Shown: piece after piece, positions 32,359-42,226 of the stretch | Numbering within the stretch: the first letter of the stretch is position 1 | How the letters are laid out: each line of letters begins with the position of its first letter | Notes under the pieces: model-generated | Told to the model about the DNA's origin: nothing | The model's database searches: none | Seen by the model: the letters and a program-made list of their open reading frames with translations, nothing else | Virus record (IMG/VR): IMGVR_UViG_3300021962_000074 | Span: 1-64,000 of that record | DNA: 64,000 bases | Source of the DNA: a virus | Direction: 5' to 3' (one strand) | Translations under genes and position numbers: made by a program

Positions 32359-34158
32359 ATGTCTGTAACAGTAGGATTAGTTAAGAAAATTGTTTTAGCA
32401 TATATTGGTGGTACTAAATTGATGCCTGTGCCAACTGTTAAAATCGGTGGCACAACAGCTGTCTCTCAACTTGGTGGTTTGGCTGGTATGGCATCTTCAT
32501 TTATGTCAGGAGGTCTTGGTGGTATTGCAGGTGCACTGAGTGGTGGTCTGAGTGGTGCATTAGCGCAATCATTGAGTGGCGGATTGACGTCAGCATTTGG
32601 AAGTCTACAAAGTCAACTTGGTAGTTTGACAGCAGGTTTACCTTCTCTGGGATCTTTCGGAGAGGGTATCACTGGAGCGTTGTCTGGTAACTTGGGTGGA
32701 TTAGAAAATCTAACTCAAAAACTCAGTGATTTAAATGTTGATATGAATTCACTCAGTAACTATGTTGGTCAGGTTGGGAGTCTATCAACCATTACACAAT
32801 TAAAAACTGCAGTGGGAGAGGTCGGCGCGGGGATTTCTATTGGAGAACTAACCAACATAAGCGCATTAAATACCAAATTACAAGGCATTGGAGTCAATCC
32901 TGCAGACTTTGGTAATTTAAATGAACTGACCAATGTAGGTAAATTGTCAGATACTTTAAGCAATATGGGAGTGATTGGAGATTTCAATTTTGGAGATCTA
33001 TCTGGCATAACTGCAAGCATACCATCACAAGTACAGCCAATTAATATGGGCAATTTTGGTGCTTTAGTCGAGGAAAATGGTGGATTGAATGGATTAGCTA
33101 AATCACTTGCGACTGGTGGGGTTTCATTAGATGAAACTCTAGCGTCTATATCTGTGAATCCAGCAGCTGTTAATATCAATGCAGCTAAGTCAACATTGTC
33201 TAGCCTAACTGCATGTAACTATAGTGGACTAGATTCAACGCTGTCTTCCATCTCAGGAGAAGCTGCATTGGCTCCTGCGTATCAACAACTAAAGTTAGCC
33301 TTGGGTGGTCCAGACGGATTGAGTGGATCGGTTGCATACGTGAATGCGTTTGAAGACCACACCAATAGATTATCTGGAGTTACGCTTTCATCAGATATAA
33401 CTGGAATCATACCAGAAGAAGAAAATACAGAGATATTTGAATACAAGTATGACCTACCAATTAATACTCAGACTGTGATCGCACACTTCAATCCACAGAA
33501 GATTCGATCAGCTAAGTTCTTCGTCCAAGCCACATCTAATGTCGACCATCAATCCTCTGAAGTATTCGTGGTCCATGATAACCAAAGAGTGTATACTCGA
33601 GAGGTTGATGTAATCTATACACATGATCCGTTTATTACATTTACCAGCCAATTTGCAGCTGATAATGTTACAATTATGGCTACCAGTACTAAAGTCAATA
33701 CTGATATGGTAATCTATAGCATTAGATTACCTGTTATCACAAAGGCTAACTCGGATCACACCTTTGACCAAAGTAAATTGATCGAAAATGCTCGCGCTCT
33801 ATCTGGATTCTTCCCAGAAGATAAGGTAGATTATGTGGCTGCACAGGCAGGTAGTCTACAAAATGGCGGTTCCGTTTCCCAGCTGAATACAGAGATAAAC
33901 GAGGCTTTGGTAAAATTGCAGAGCAGTCAATTTACCTCCCTATCAACTGAGGGTAAAAAAGAGTACATAAACTCAATTGCAACTGCTATAAATACAAAGA
34001 GCGTAAGTTTACAACAATCAATTGACAAAGATCTATCAGCCTACGCTGATGTGGAGAAATTGGTGAATGCGGCTGATGTAGTTTCTACTCTGGTCGTAAA
34101 TTATGCATCAACAGATACTAAGAGATTGTATGACGTTACAACACTAAAGGCTGATTAA
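32359..34158 (+). CDS. Gly/Ser/Leu-rich virion protein of unknown function
   Basis: Long ORF between gp5 and gp25; RSAKFFVQ...EVFVVHD domain. Confidence 0.65.
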   Translation: MSVTVGLVKKIVLAYIGGTKLMPVPTVKIGGTTAVSQLGGLAGMASSFMSGGLGGIAGALSGGLSGALAQSLSGGLTSAFGSLQSQLGSLTAGLPSLGSFGEGITGALSGNLGGLENLTQKLSDLNVDMNSLSNYVGQVGSLSTITQLKTAVGEVGAGISIGELTNISALNTKLQGIGVNPADFGNLNELTNVGKLSDTLSNMGVIGDFNFGDLSGITASIPSQVQPINMGNFGALVEENGGLNGLAKSLATGGVSLDETLASISVNPAAVNINAAKSTLSSLTACNYSGLDSTLSSISGEAALAPAYQQLKLALGGPDGLSGSVAYVNAFEDHTNRLSGVTLSSDITGIIPEEENTEIFEYKYDLPINTQTVIAHFNPQKIRSAKFFVQATSNVDHQSSEVFVVHDNQRVYTREVDVIYTHDPFITFTSQFAADNVTIMATSTKVNTDMVIYSIRLPVITKANSDHTFDQSKLIENARALSGFFPEDKVDYVAAQAGSLQNGGSVSQLNTEINEALVKLQSSQFTSLSTEGKKEYINSIATAINTKSVSLQQSIDKDLSAYADVEKLVNAADVVSTLVVNYASTDTKRLYDVTTLKAD

Positions 34159-34556
34159 TGGCTGTCATTAGAAAGAAAACTAGATATCTAGATCTAGATT
34201 TAAATTTTACTCCGCATCCTATTACTGGAGATATAGTAAAAGTTAAAGATGAAAAGGCTGTTATAGCTGCTATTGGTAATCTTATACAAACTAATTATTA
34301 TGAAAGATTGTTCAGGCATGAAATTGGCTCCAACATCAATAAAATGTTATTTGAACCAGTAGATCTCATAACTTCCACAAACATAAAAGATGGTTTGGAA
34401 AGAATAATAAATGAGTTTGAGCCTCGAGCAAATATTCAAGAATTACTTGTGACGCCTAATGAGGATGAAGAAAGATACGATATTTCATTGAGTATATCTA
34501 TCAATAATCTATCAGACCCTTTTACTATTAATTTCTTCCTAGAGAGAATAAGATAA
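34158..34556 (+). CDS. 25: baseplate wedge gp25
   Basis: DLDLNF..HP.TGD, NLIQTN.YER.F...GS, FEPR, LERIR. Confidence 0.93.
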   Translation: MAVIRKKTRYLDLDLNFTPHPITGDIVKVKDEKAVIAAIGNLIQTNYYERLFRHEIGSNINKMLFEPVDLITSTNIKDGLERIINEFEPRANIQELLVTPNEDEERYDISLSISINNLSDPFTINFFLERIR

Positions 34557-34557
34557 A

Positions 34558-36615
34558 ATGGCAGAAAAAAAGATTACCATATCAGAACTAGATTTTGATA
34601 CTATCAAAACAAACTTAAAGACTTTTCTAAAGAGCCAGTCTGAGTTTGCCGATTACAATTTCGAAGGTTCTGGTATGTCTGTATTGCTGGATGTTCTAGC
34701 ATACAATACACACTATATGGGCTATTACATGAACATGGTTGCTAATGAAATGTTCATTGACACTGCTCAGTTACGAGAATCCGTAGTATCTCACGCTAAA
34801 CTACTCGGCTATACGCCAGCTTCCAGAGTGGCATCTCAAGCCACGATTAATGTTTCTTTCCAGGAAGTGAGTGGTGGATCAAATAGTTCTCTGACGATTC
34901 CAAGATTTACAAGATTTGTTTCCGCTTCTAAAGATTCAGTGACATATAACTTCGTAAGTGTGGAACAAAGAATTGCCACCAAAGATAATGATGGATACTT
35001 TGTTTTCCCAAATGTTAGAATCAAAGAAGGTGTGCCAGCATCGTATACTTTTGTGTACGATTCACAAACAAATAGCAAACAAACATTTACTCTACCAGAT
35101 GCTGGAATTGACATTTCAACCTTGTTAGTCAGAGTTCAGAAGTCAACTAGAAACGCAAATTTAGAAACATTCGTCCTAGCAGAAGACGCCACCGAAGTGA
35201 ACTCTACTGCAGCTGTGTATTACATAGAAGAAAATCGAGAAGGACAATATCAAATTTATTTTGGCGATGATGTAATTGGTAAAAAATTGACTGATGGTAA
35301 TATTGTTATTGTTTCATATTTGGTAACTTCTGGTGATGCAGCAAACGGAATCAAAAGATTTAAACTACTTGATAATGTAAAAACTGGTTCTACTCCAACA
35401 ATAACATTAGTGACAGAATCTTCAGATGGTAAATTGGAAGAATCTATAGATAATATTAGATTTACTGCACCAAAATCATTCGTCGCGCAGAATAGAGCTG
35501 TCACAAAGAATGATTACATCTCATTGATCAATAAGAATTACCCATACTTTGATGCTGTTACCGTTTGGGGTGGTGAGGAAAACAATCCTCCAGTGTATGG
35601 TAAGATCTTCTTTTCGATTAAACCACGTGGTAACTATGAGGTGACCGCTACTGAGATTGAGTATCTAAAAAGCGAAATCATTAGACCAGTTAGCGTCTTA
35701 ACTGTAACGCCAGAATATGTGGCTCCTGATTACAATTATCTAAATTTGATCATTGACGTGGTATACGATCCAAGAAAAACTACAAAAACTGCATCAGAAA
35801 TTAAAACATCTGTTGCTAATTCTGTTACCACATTCGCAAATCAATATCTAAACACATTCAATAATACTCTGAAATTGTCTAGACTAATACGTGCTGTCGA
35901 TGATTCAGATCCATCAATTGAAAATAACAATGTTAAGTTGATGCTCGAGAAAAGATTCAGACCAGCATTGGGTCAATCAAAGAGTTATAGATTAGATTAT
36001 GGCGTTCCTCTAAAGAGAGGAACAGCGACTGATAGGATCTATAGTGAACCATCATTTACTTATTATGATGAATTTGGTACTCTAAGAACTGGATTTATTG
36101 AAGAAGTACCACAATCCTTTTCTGGTATAGAAGAAATAGAAATTATTTCAAACGGAAGCGATTATACAGAAATACCAGAAATTGTAATTGAAGGTGATGG
36201 TGAAGGTGCTATAGCGCAAGCAGTAATAGTAAACGGTAAGTTAAAATCAGTCGTTGTTGTCAGATCTGGATCTAACTATTCAGCTGCAGTCGCAAGAGTA
36301 GTTGGTGGTGGTGGAAGTGGTGCTACGATTAAACCATTACTGCAAGGTAAAAAGGGTACTCTCAGACTGTATTATTTTGATAGCAACAATGTTAAGAAAA
36401 TAATCAATCCTAATATCGGAGCAGTTTACTATCTGGATGGATATCTAGAGTTATATAACTTTCAACCTGAAACGGTATTTGATGCATTTGGCACTTTGGT
36501 GTTCAAGGCTGTTCCGAACACAACTGTATTTTCGTCAAAAAGAAGTTCTATACTAACACTTGATACAACCGATCCTGCAGCAGTTCAGATTAATATTAGC
36601 CAAGTTTCAAGTTAA
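34558..36615 (+). CDS. 6: baseplate wedge gp6
   Basis: ELDFD.IK.NLK, DYNFEGSG, LDVLAYNTHY, QNRAVT..DY, WGGEEN.PP.YG. Confidence 0.95.
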   Translation: MAEKKITISELDFDTIKTNLKTFLKSQSEFADYNFEGSGMSVLLDVLAYNTHYMGYYMNMVANEMFIDTAQLRESVVSHAKLLGYTPASRVASQATINVSFQEVSGGSNSSLTIPRFTRFVSASKDSVTYNFVSVEQRIATKDNDGYFVFPNVRIKEGVPASYTFVYDSQTNSKQTFTLPDAGIDISTLLVRVQKSTRNANLETFVLAEDATEVNSTAAVYYIEENREGQYQIYFGDDVIGKKLTDGNIVIVSYLVTSGDAANGIKRFKLLDNVKTGSTPTITLVTESSDGKLEESIDNIRFTAPKSFVAQNRAVTKNDYISLINKNYPYFDAVTVWGGEENNPPVYGKIFFSIKPRGNYEVTATEIEYLKSEIIRPVSVLTVTPEYVAPDYNYLNLIIDVVYDPRKTTKTASEIKTSVANSVTTFANQYLNTFNNTLKLSRLIRAVDDSDPSIENNNVKLMLEKRFRPALGQSKSYRLDYGVPLKRGTATDRIYSEPSFTYYDEFGTLRTGFIEEVPQSFSGIEEIEIISNGSDYTEIPEIVIEGDGEGAIAQAVIVNGKLKSVVVVRSGSNYSAAVARVVGGGGSGATIKPLLQGKKGTLRLYYFDSNNVKKIINPNIGAVYYLDGYLELYNFQPETVFDAFGTLVFKAVPNTTVFSSKRSSILTLDTTDPAAVQINISQVSS

Positions 36616-39600
36616 TGTCAACATCACAAAAAACTATTTCTGCGTTAATTAATCAGCAGCTGCCTGATTTCGTCAGAGCAGATTATCCTCGATTTAGAAA
36701 CTTTCTAGAAAAGTATTACGCTTGGTTGGAAGACGAGACTAAAGGCAACACAGTCTATCATATCATGCACTCTGAGAAGTATCGTGATATAGATGAGACT
36801 ATTGATCCTTTTATTCGTATCTTTAAGAATGAGTTGTTGCCATATTTTCCAGAGAGAACAGAACTTGATTTAATTAAAATTCTAAAGAATGCTAGAGAAT
36901 TTTATATCAAGAAAGGTAGTGAAGAATCAGTAAAGTGGCTGTTTAGAGTTTTGTTTAATGAAGAAATTCAAGTATACTATCCAAAACAGCAAATTTTAAA
37001 AACATCTGATGGTAAATGGAAACTACCAAAAGCATTCCAATTAACATTGAGCGATGCAAATCAGGGTATAAATCCAAATCTATTAGAAAGGCATAAAGGA
37101 ACTGGATCAGAGTCAACCGCTACCTGTATCATTGAGTCCGCAAACATTACCATTGATCCGAATCTTGGTACAGAGATCTTGGAAATATATGTATCTAATG
37201 TATTCAAAGACTTTATTAATGGCGAGAATCTTGAGATTCCATATACTGATGAAAATGGAGTTGATCAAGTATTCGTTGAGAAAATTATTGGTGCAATTTC
37301 AGGAATACGCATAGACTCAAACATTAGAACTGATCCTTTGCAAATTAGAAGAGGATTATTATACAACGTCGGCGATCCAGTGGTCGTATATGGCGGATTG
37401 GATAGCACTCCACAGGCTCGCGATGCTATTGCTTATGTCGGCAATGTATCTGCTGGATCCATTGAGGGTGTAACACCAGTGTTTCCTGGTTATGGTTATA
37501 GAGCATATACCAATACCATTTCCATTGTTTATAGTAGCGAAGGTGATGATCCTAACGCTAATGCAACCACTGACATTCGAGTCAGTGGATTAAACTTAAT
37601 CAATGTAGCTGGTAATAGCCAGATCTCATTCCAGGAATATATCTCTGTTGATAAGATGCCAATTGAATATTTAAAGACTGTTCAAATTGGAGATGGTAGC
37701 ACAGAGTATGAAGTGTTCACAGTAGACAATAGAAATATTGTATTGGATGCTACAGAAACAGATGAAGATGACGTCTTCAATACTTATGAAGATGTATATG
37801 CCAACTCAGCTGGATCTTATCTAACAGCAAACTTTAGAGCACAGATAGCCACATCTAATGATGGTTCAACATTCGGAAACTTCGGTGGTGGCACTCCATA
37901 TACAGGAGATCTACTATTAATTAATGTGCATCTATATGATGGGGATGATGAGTTGACAGTTGACACTGCCAATTTACAAGCTGTGTTGGACATAGGTGGA
38001 ACACCGCATCCAATTTATACCAGAACAACTGCTAAGGTATTCACACCAAATTCAGTTACTGCAGACAGCATTCCAGCAAATGCTAATTCACAGATAATAC
38101 AAGCGTTGACCTATGAGACGTTAGAAACTGGTGGTATCGCTTTGTATAACGTGATTGATGGTGGTAATGGATTTAGAACAACACCAACCATTGGAATCAC
38201 CAGTTACTTTGACACTTATCTGTCAGAAGCGCAAAAACTATCATTGGTTGATAATGATGAGTTTTTAGAAAATGAAGATTATCAAACATACAGACAACCA
38301 TTGGGTGGGTTTGGTAAGATTGCGCACGTGTATATTGATAACCCAGGAACTGGTTATACAACTGGCGATCAAATAGTAATTGGAGATAGAGGATATGGAT
38401 TTGTTGGCACTGTCACTGTAAATGCAACAGGTTCTATCATAAGAACTAATATCACAAATAGAGGCGAAGGATACTATGGTCCTAAGACAGTGAGCGTATC
38501 GTCTTCTGGCGGAGAAGGTGCTGTATTAAGTGCATATGGTTTTGGTGAAGGTGTGATCAATGAAATCAACACTGGTGCTATTGGTCGTATTCGTGATATT
38601 CGATTAATTTCCAGAGGATTTGATTATGTCGAAGCACCGACAGTTTCGTTGAAAGTTGTTGATATGGTAGTTACTGGTGTTTCTGAATTTGAATCGTTAA
38701 ATGAAGGCGAAAGAGTTTATCAAGGCGACAGTTTAGCAACTGCAACATTCCAAGGTATAATTAAAGACTTCAATCGAACAACAAATGCATTAAGACTATT
38801 TAATTATTCTGGCGCATCATTCAACAACTTTGATCCAACACTACCGTTTACGTCAGAAAATGGTACAACATTTACAGTAGATACATCAAGAACAGTTACT
38901 CCACCTGCACAGTACCCAGTTGAGACTCAACTGAGTGGGTTGCCAAATCCATATTTTTATGGCAATGGTAGAGGAAAGGCTGCAGCAGATTTCTTCAATG
39001 GATTGATCAAATATCCAGGATTCTATATTAATACAGATGGATTCTTGAGTGCTGACAAGAAGATTCAGGACTCAAAACTGTACCACAACTATTCTTACAT
39101 CATTGAGTCGAACAAATCTATTGGTGAATATAAGAATGTAATTAAAGACATTGTCCATCCTATTGGTATGTCTATGCTGGGTAGATTAAAAACTGAAAAC
39201 GAATTGAATGACTATATTACTGCGAATTCCACCACTTATATTAATTTAATGAATGAGCCAGGATCAAACATCACTGTCGCTGATTCCAGAACAAATATTG
39301 TGACAGGTGTATCAACTGCATTTACTAATACCTCACATATTACATCTGCGCAGTATGCTGTGGCTGGCGATCTGTTAACCATCATAGACCCAAATAATCC
39401 TCTGAGAAGTCAGGCTAAAATTATTACAGCGGTCAATTCTGATACAGAATTGGAAGTTGAGAGCGACTTCACCTATATTGGTCAGGGTAAAATCAGATCA
39501 AATATAGAATTCACGCAAGTTACAGGAACTGTTACAATAAACCCAGAATTATCGGTCGGTACTGTGGAGATTAATTCACCAATAACTGGCACAGCAAATG

Positions 39601-40604
39601 TCACCAAATCTAGTAACGTAGTAATTGGAGAGTCTACCGTATTTGAAACCGACCTTGAAGTTGGAGACACCATTTCTATTAACAATGAAATTAGGAAAGT
39701 CGTTGTAATCAGAAACAATACAACGCTGGAAGTGAATACAAACTACAGATTTACTAGCACTGCTAATGACATACATTTATCCAGCAATGTGGTTACTGGA
39801 ACATCAACCAATTTTGATCCAGAAATTGCGGTCGGAGATATTATTACGATCAATAATGAGGTCCGTAAAGTTACTGTAAGAACAGACGATACGACATTGG
39901 TAGTAAACACTCCATTTAATTACTATGCAACTGCGCAATCTTTATACAAAGCAAACATATATGTTGCAGGCGATGGAACCTCATTTACCACTGAACTACA
40001 GGCTGGTGACTATATCAAGATTAATGATGAAATTAAGAGTATTGATACTATCACCAACGATACATTATTGGCTGTAAACAGCGTATTTTCCGCGTATGCA
40101 ACTGATGCTAATGTATATTTAATGGATGATACCAGAATTACAATATATGGAAATACTAACACCATATTTGACTTTATAAATACTGGTGATCAATTATCAT
40201 TTAACATTGCAGCCGCTAATTTGATGTTGGGAATGGCTAATGGTGTTGCAGACATAACCCTAGAAGATACTCAGGTCGTAGGAACAGGTACATATTTTAC
40301 CTTAGATCTACTGGTCGGCGATACTATCATGATAAATAATGAAATAAGATTGGTATCATCGATCGACGATGATGAGAATTTAAATGTGAATTCAGCATTT
40401 ACAAGCACTGCAACTGGAGAACTGGTTTATAAGAGAGAATATGTAGTGAATGCTGATGTGGAATTCGCTTCTGGGACAGAAAGCGGAAATGTGTTATTGA
40501 CTAACTTGGTAATAAACGCTAACTTAGAGTCTATTGTTTACAAAGTTGTGCCAGACTACAACTCAGTAGAATATGACTATGAAATTTTAACGGTAACGGA
40601 TTAA
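36615..40604 (+). CDS. 7: baseplate wedge initiator gp7 with C-terminal repeats
   Basis: QLPDFVR.DYP.F..FL..YY, KGSEES, SDGKW, IQDS..Y..YSY, VHPIG; four to five GD.I.INNEIR repeats. Confidence 0.85.
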   Translation: MSTSQKTISALINQQLPDFVRADYPRFRNFLEKYYAWLEDETKGNTVYHIMHSEKYRDIDETIDPFIRIFKNELLPYFPERTELDLIKILKNAREFYIKKGSEESVKWLFRVLFNEEIQVYYPKQQILKTSDGKWKLPKAFQLTLSDANQGINPNLLERHKGTGSESTATCIIESANITIDPNLGTEILEIYVSNVFKDFINGENLEIPYTDENGVDQVFVEKIIGAISGIRIDSNIRTDPLQIRRGLLYNVGDPVVVYGGLDSTPQARDAIAYVGNVSAGSIEGVTPVFPGYGYRAYTNTISIVYSSEGDDPNANATTDIRVSGLNLINVAGNSQISFQEYISVDKMPIEYLKTVQIGDGSTEYEVFTVDNRNIVLDATETDEDDVFNTYEDVYANSAGSYLTANFRAQIATSNDGSTFGNFGGGTPYTGDLLLINVHLYDGDDELTVDTANLQAVLDIGGTPHPIYTRTTAKVFTPNSVTADSIPANANSQIIQALTYETLETGGIALYNVIDGGNGFRTTPTIGITSYFDTYLSEAQKLSLVDNDEFLENEDYQTYRQPLGGFGKIAHVYIDNPGTGYTTGDQIVIGDRGYGFVGTVTVNATGSIIRTNITNRGEGYYGPKTVSVSSSGGEGAVLSAYGFGEGVINEINTGAIGRIRDIRLISRGFDYVEAPTVSLKVVDMVVTGVSEFESLNEGERVYQGDSLATATFQGIIKDFNRTTNALRLFNYSGASFNNFDPTLPFTSENGTTFTVDTSRTVTPPAQYPVETQLSGLPNPYFYGNGRGKAAADFFNGLIKYPGFYINTDGFLSADKKIQDSKLYHNYSYIIESNKSIGEYKNVIKDIVHPIGMSMLGRLKTENELNDYITANSTTYINLMNEPGSNITVADSRTNIVTGVSTAFTNTSHITSAQYAVAGDLLTIIDPNNPLRSQAKIITAVNSDTELEVESDFTYIGQGKIRSNIEFTQVTGTVTINPELSVGTVEINSPITGTANVTKSSNVVIGESTVFETDLEVGDTISINNEIRKVVVIRNNTTLEVNTNYRFTSTANDIHLSSNVVTGTSTNFDPEIAVGDIITINNEVRKVTVRTDDTTLVVNTPFNYYATAQSLYKANIYVAGDGTSFTTELQAGDYIKINDEIKSIDTITNDTLLAVNSVFSAYATDANVYLMDDTRITIYGNTNTIFDFINTGDQLSFNIAAANLMLGMANGVADITLEDTQVVGTGTYFTLDLLVGDTIMINNEIRLVSSIDDDENLNVNSAFTSTATGELVYKREYVVNADVEFASGTESGNVLLTNLVINANLESIVYKVVPDYNSVEYDYEILTVTD

Positions 40605-40607
40605 TCA

Positions 40608-42215
40608 ATGAAATCTATCATTACTCAATATCTAAGATATCAATTAGTAGAAAGGTTGAAATTGGATACATTTTCAGTTTCCTCTAACACCTACATTGGT
40701 ATTGGTCGACCAATACGTTGGGGCGATGATTCAAATGAAACTGCAGATGAAATTGAATCGCCAACATACACTATCAACTATAGAAATCAGTTAAACAGAG
40801 ACTTGGTGGCGATTAAGAAGGTACAAATATCTGATATGGCGTTAGTCGTTCCCAGAAGAGATTGGGTGTCTGGAGTTAGATATGATCCGTATGAAGACCA
40901 CATAGAAATCTATAGTCATGAAGCCAAAACTTTAGTTGGTAATGCCAACACGATATCTTCCAGCACTGAACTTGAGGAAGATGAGAACGGTATATTTACA
41001 GCTGCAAGTTTAGATGTCGGTGATATTATTCGTATCAATGGAGAAACTAGAGAAATAGTTGATATTGATGCGGGCAATGGTTTGTTAAATGTTAACATTG
41101 CGATGACTACTACTGCAACTGCAGAATCTATGATAAAGGTGTCTAATACCTATCCACAATTTGCAAATAATTTCTATGTTCGCAATTCTAAAGATCAAGT
41201 ATTTAAATGTTTATATAATGATGGTGTAAATTCAACCATTCAACCAGAAATAGACATAGATGGTCAGCTTCCAGAAAACCCATATATTCTAACTGGAGAT
41301 GGCTATAAATGGAAATATCTATACACCATTCCATATGGACTAAAACAAAAGTTCTTCACCAACAACTGGATGCCTGTTGTAAAAGACAATACAGTCGTCG
41401 CAGGTGCGATAAACGGTAGAATTGATATTATCACTATATTAGATGGGGGAAGTGGTTACTATACAATCGGTCAATCTGGTAATAGTAACACGCTACCGAT
41501 TATATCAGTTGTTGGCGATGGAACTGGAGCGAATGTAACTGCAAAAGTAGAAAGTGGTGTAATTACGGATCTAAACATTCTGAATGGTGGTAGCGGATAT
41601 ACCACAGCGGAGATAGTTGTAACAGATGACGATAAAGATCCAGATGGAGATACAGCATCATTTGACGTTATAATTGGTCCTCCATCTGGACATGGAGTTG
41701 ATCCAGCACGAGAACTTGGTTGTTTTTCGATAATGATCTCGGTAGAACTTAACGAACAAGAATCTGGCAAAGTCCCAGTCAGTTCAAGTTCTGGCGACTT
41801 CGACTTTAGACAGATTTCTCTAATCAGAGATCCAATACTATCAACTGGGTATTATGCTAATGGATCTGTATATACTGCTGCAACTATTTACACTCTGACA
41901 GATCCTGGTATTACCAACTTCATTAATGACGAAACTGTGTATATCGGATCAACTTTAGAAACAGCAACATTTACTGGGACAGTAGTTTACTGGGATCCAA
42001 ATACCAATCAATTGTACCTAAACAATCTAGCAGGAACAACTGAATCTGGTCAATCAATTACTGGAGTTACTAGCGCAGCAGTCGCAACCGTATTGTCTAG
42101 ATCTGCCTCAGAAATGAGACTCTTCACTGGGGATTTACTATATATCGAGAATAGAGCAAAAATTATTCGCGACATTGATCAATCAGAACAAATTCGTATC
42201 GTTTTATCATTCTAG
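40608..42215 (+). CDS. 8: baseplate wedge gp8
   Basis: VVPRRDW.SG, FYV.NS..QVFKCLYN, DGYKWKYLYTI, GHG.D...ELG, FRQI, Y.ENR. Confidence 0.92.
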   Translation: MKSIITQYLRYQLVERLKLDTFSVSSNTYIGIGRPIRWGDDSNETADEIESPTYTINYRNQLNRDLVAIKKVQISDMALVVPRRDWVSGVRYDPYEDHIEIYSHEAKTLVGNANTISSSTELEEDENGIFTAASLDVGDIIRINGETREIVDIDAGNGLLNVNIAMTTTATAESMIKVSNTYPQFANNFYVRNSKDQVFKCLYNDGVNSTIQPEIDIDGQLPENPYILTGDGYKWKYLYTIPYGLKQKFFTNNWMPVVKDNTVVAGAINGRIDIITILDGGSGYYTIGQSGNSNTLPIISVVGDGTGANVTAKVESGVITDLNILNGGSGYTTAEIVVTDDDKDPDGDTASFDVIIGPPSGHGVDPARELGCFSIMISVELNEQESGKVPVSSSSGDFDFRQISLIRDPILSTGYYANGSVYTAATIYTLTDPGITNFINDETVYIGSTLETATFTGTVVYWDPNTNQLYLNNLAGTTESGQSITGVTSAAVATVLSRSASEMRLFTGDLLYIENRAKIIRDIDQSEQIRIVLSF

Positions 42216-42226
42216 TAGGATAGCCA

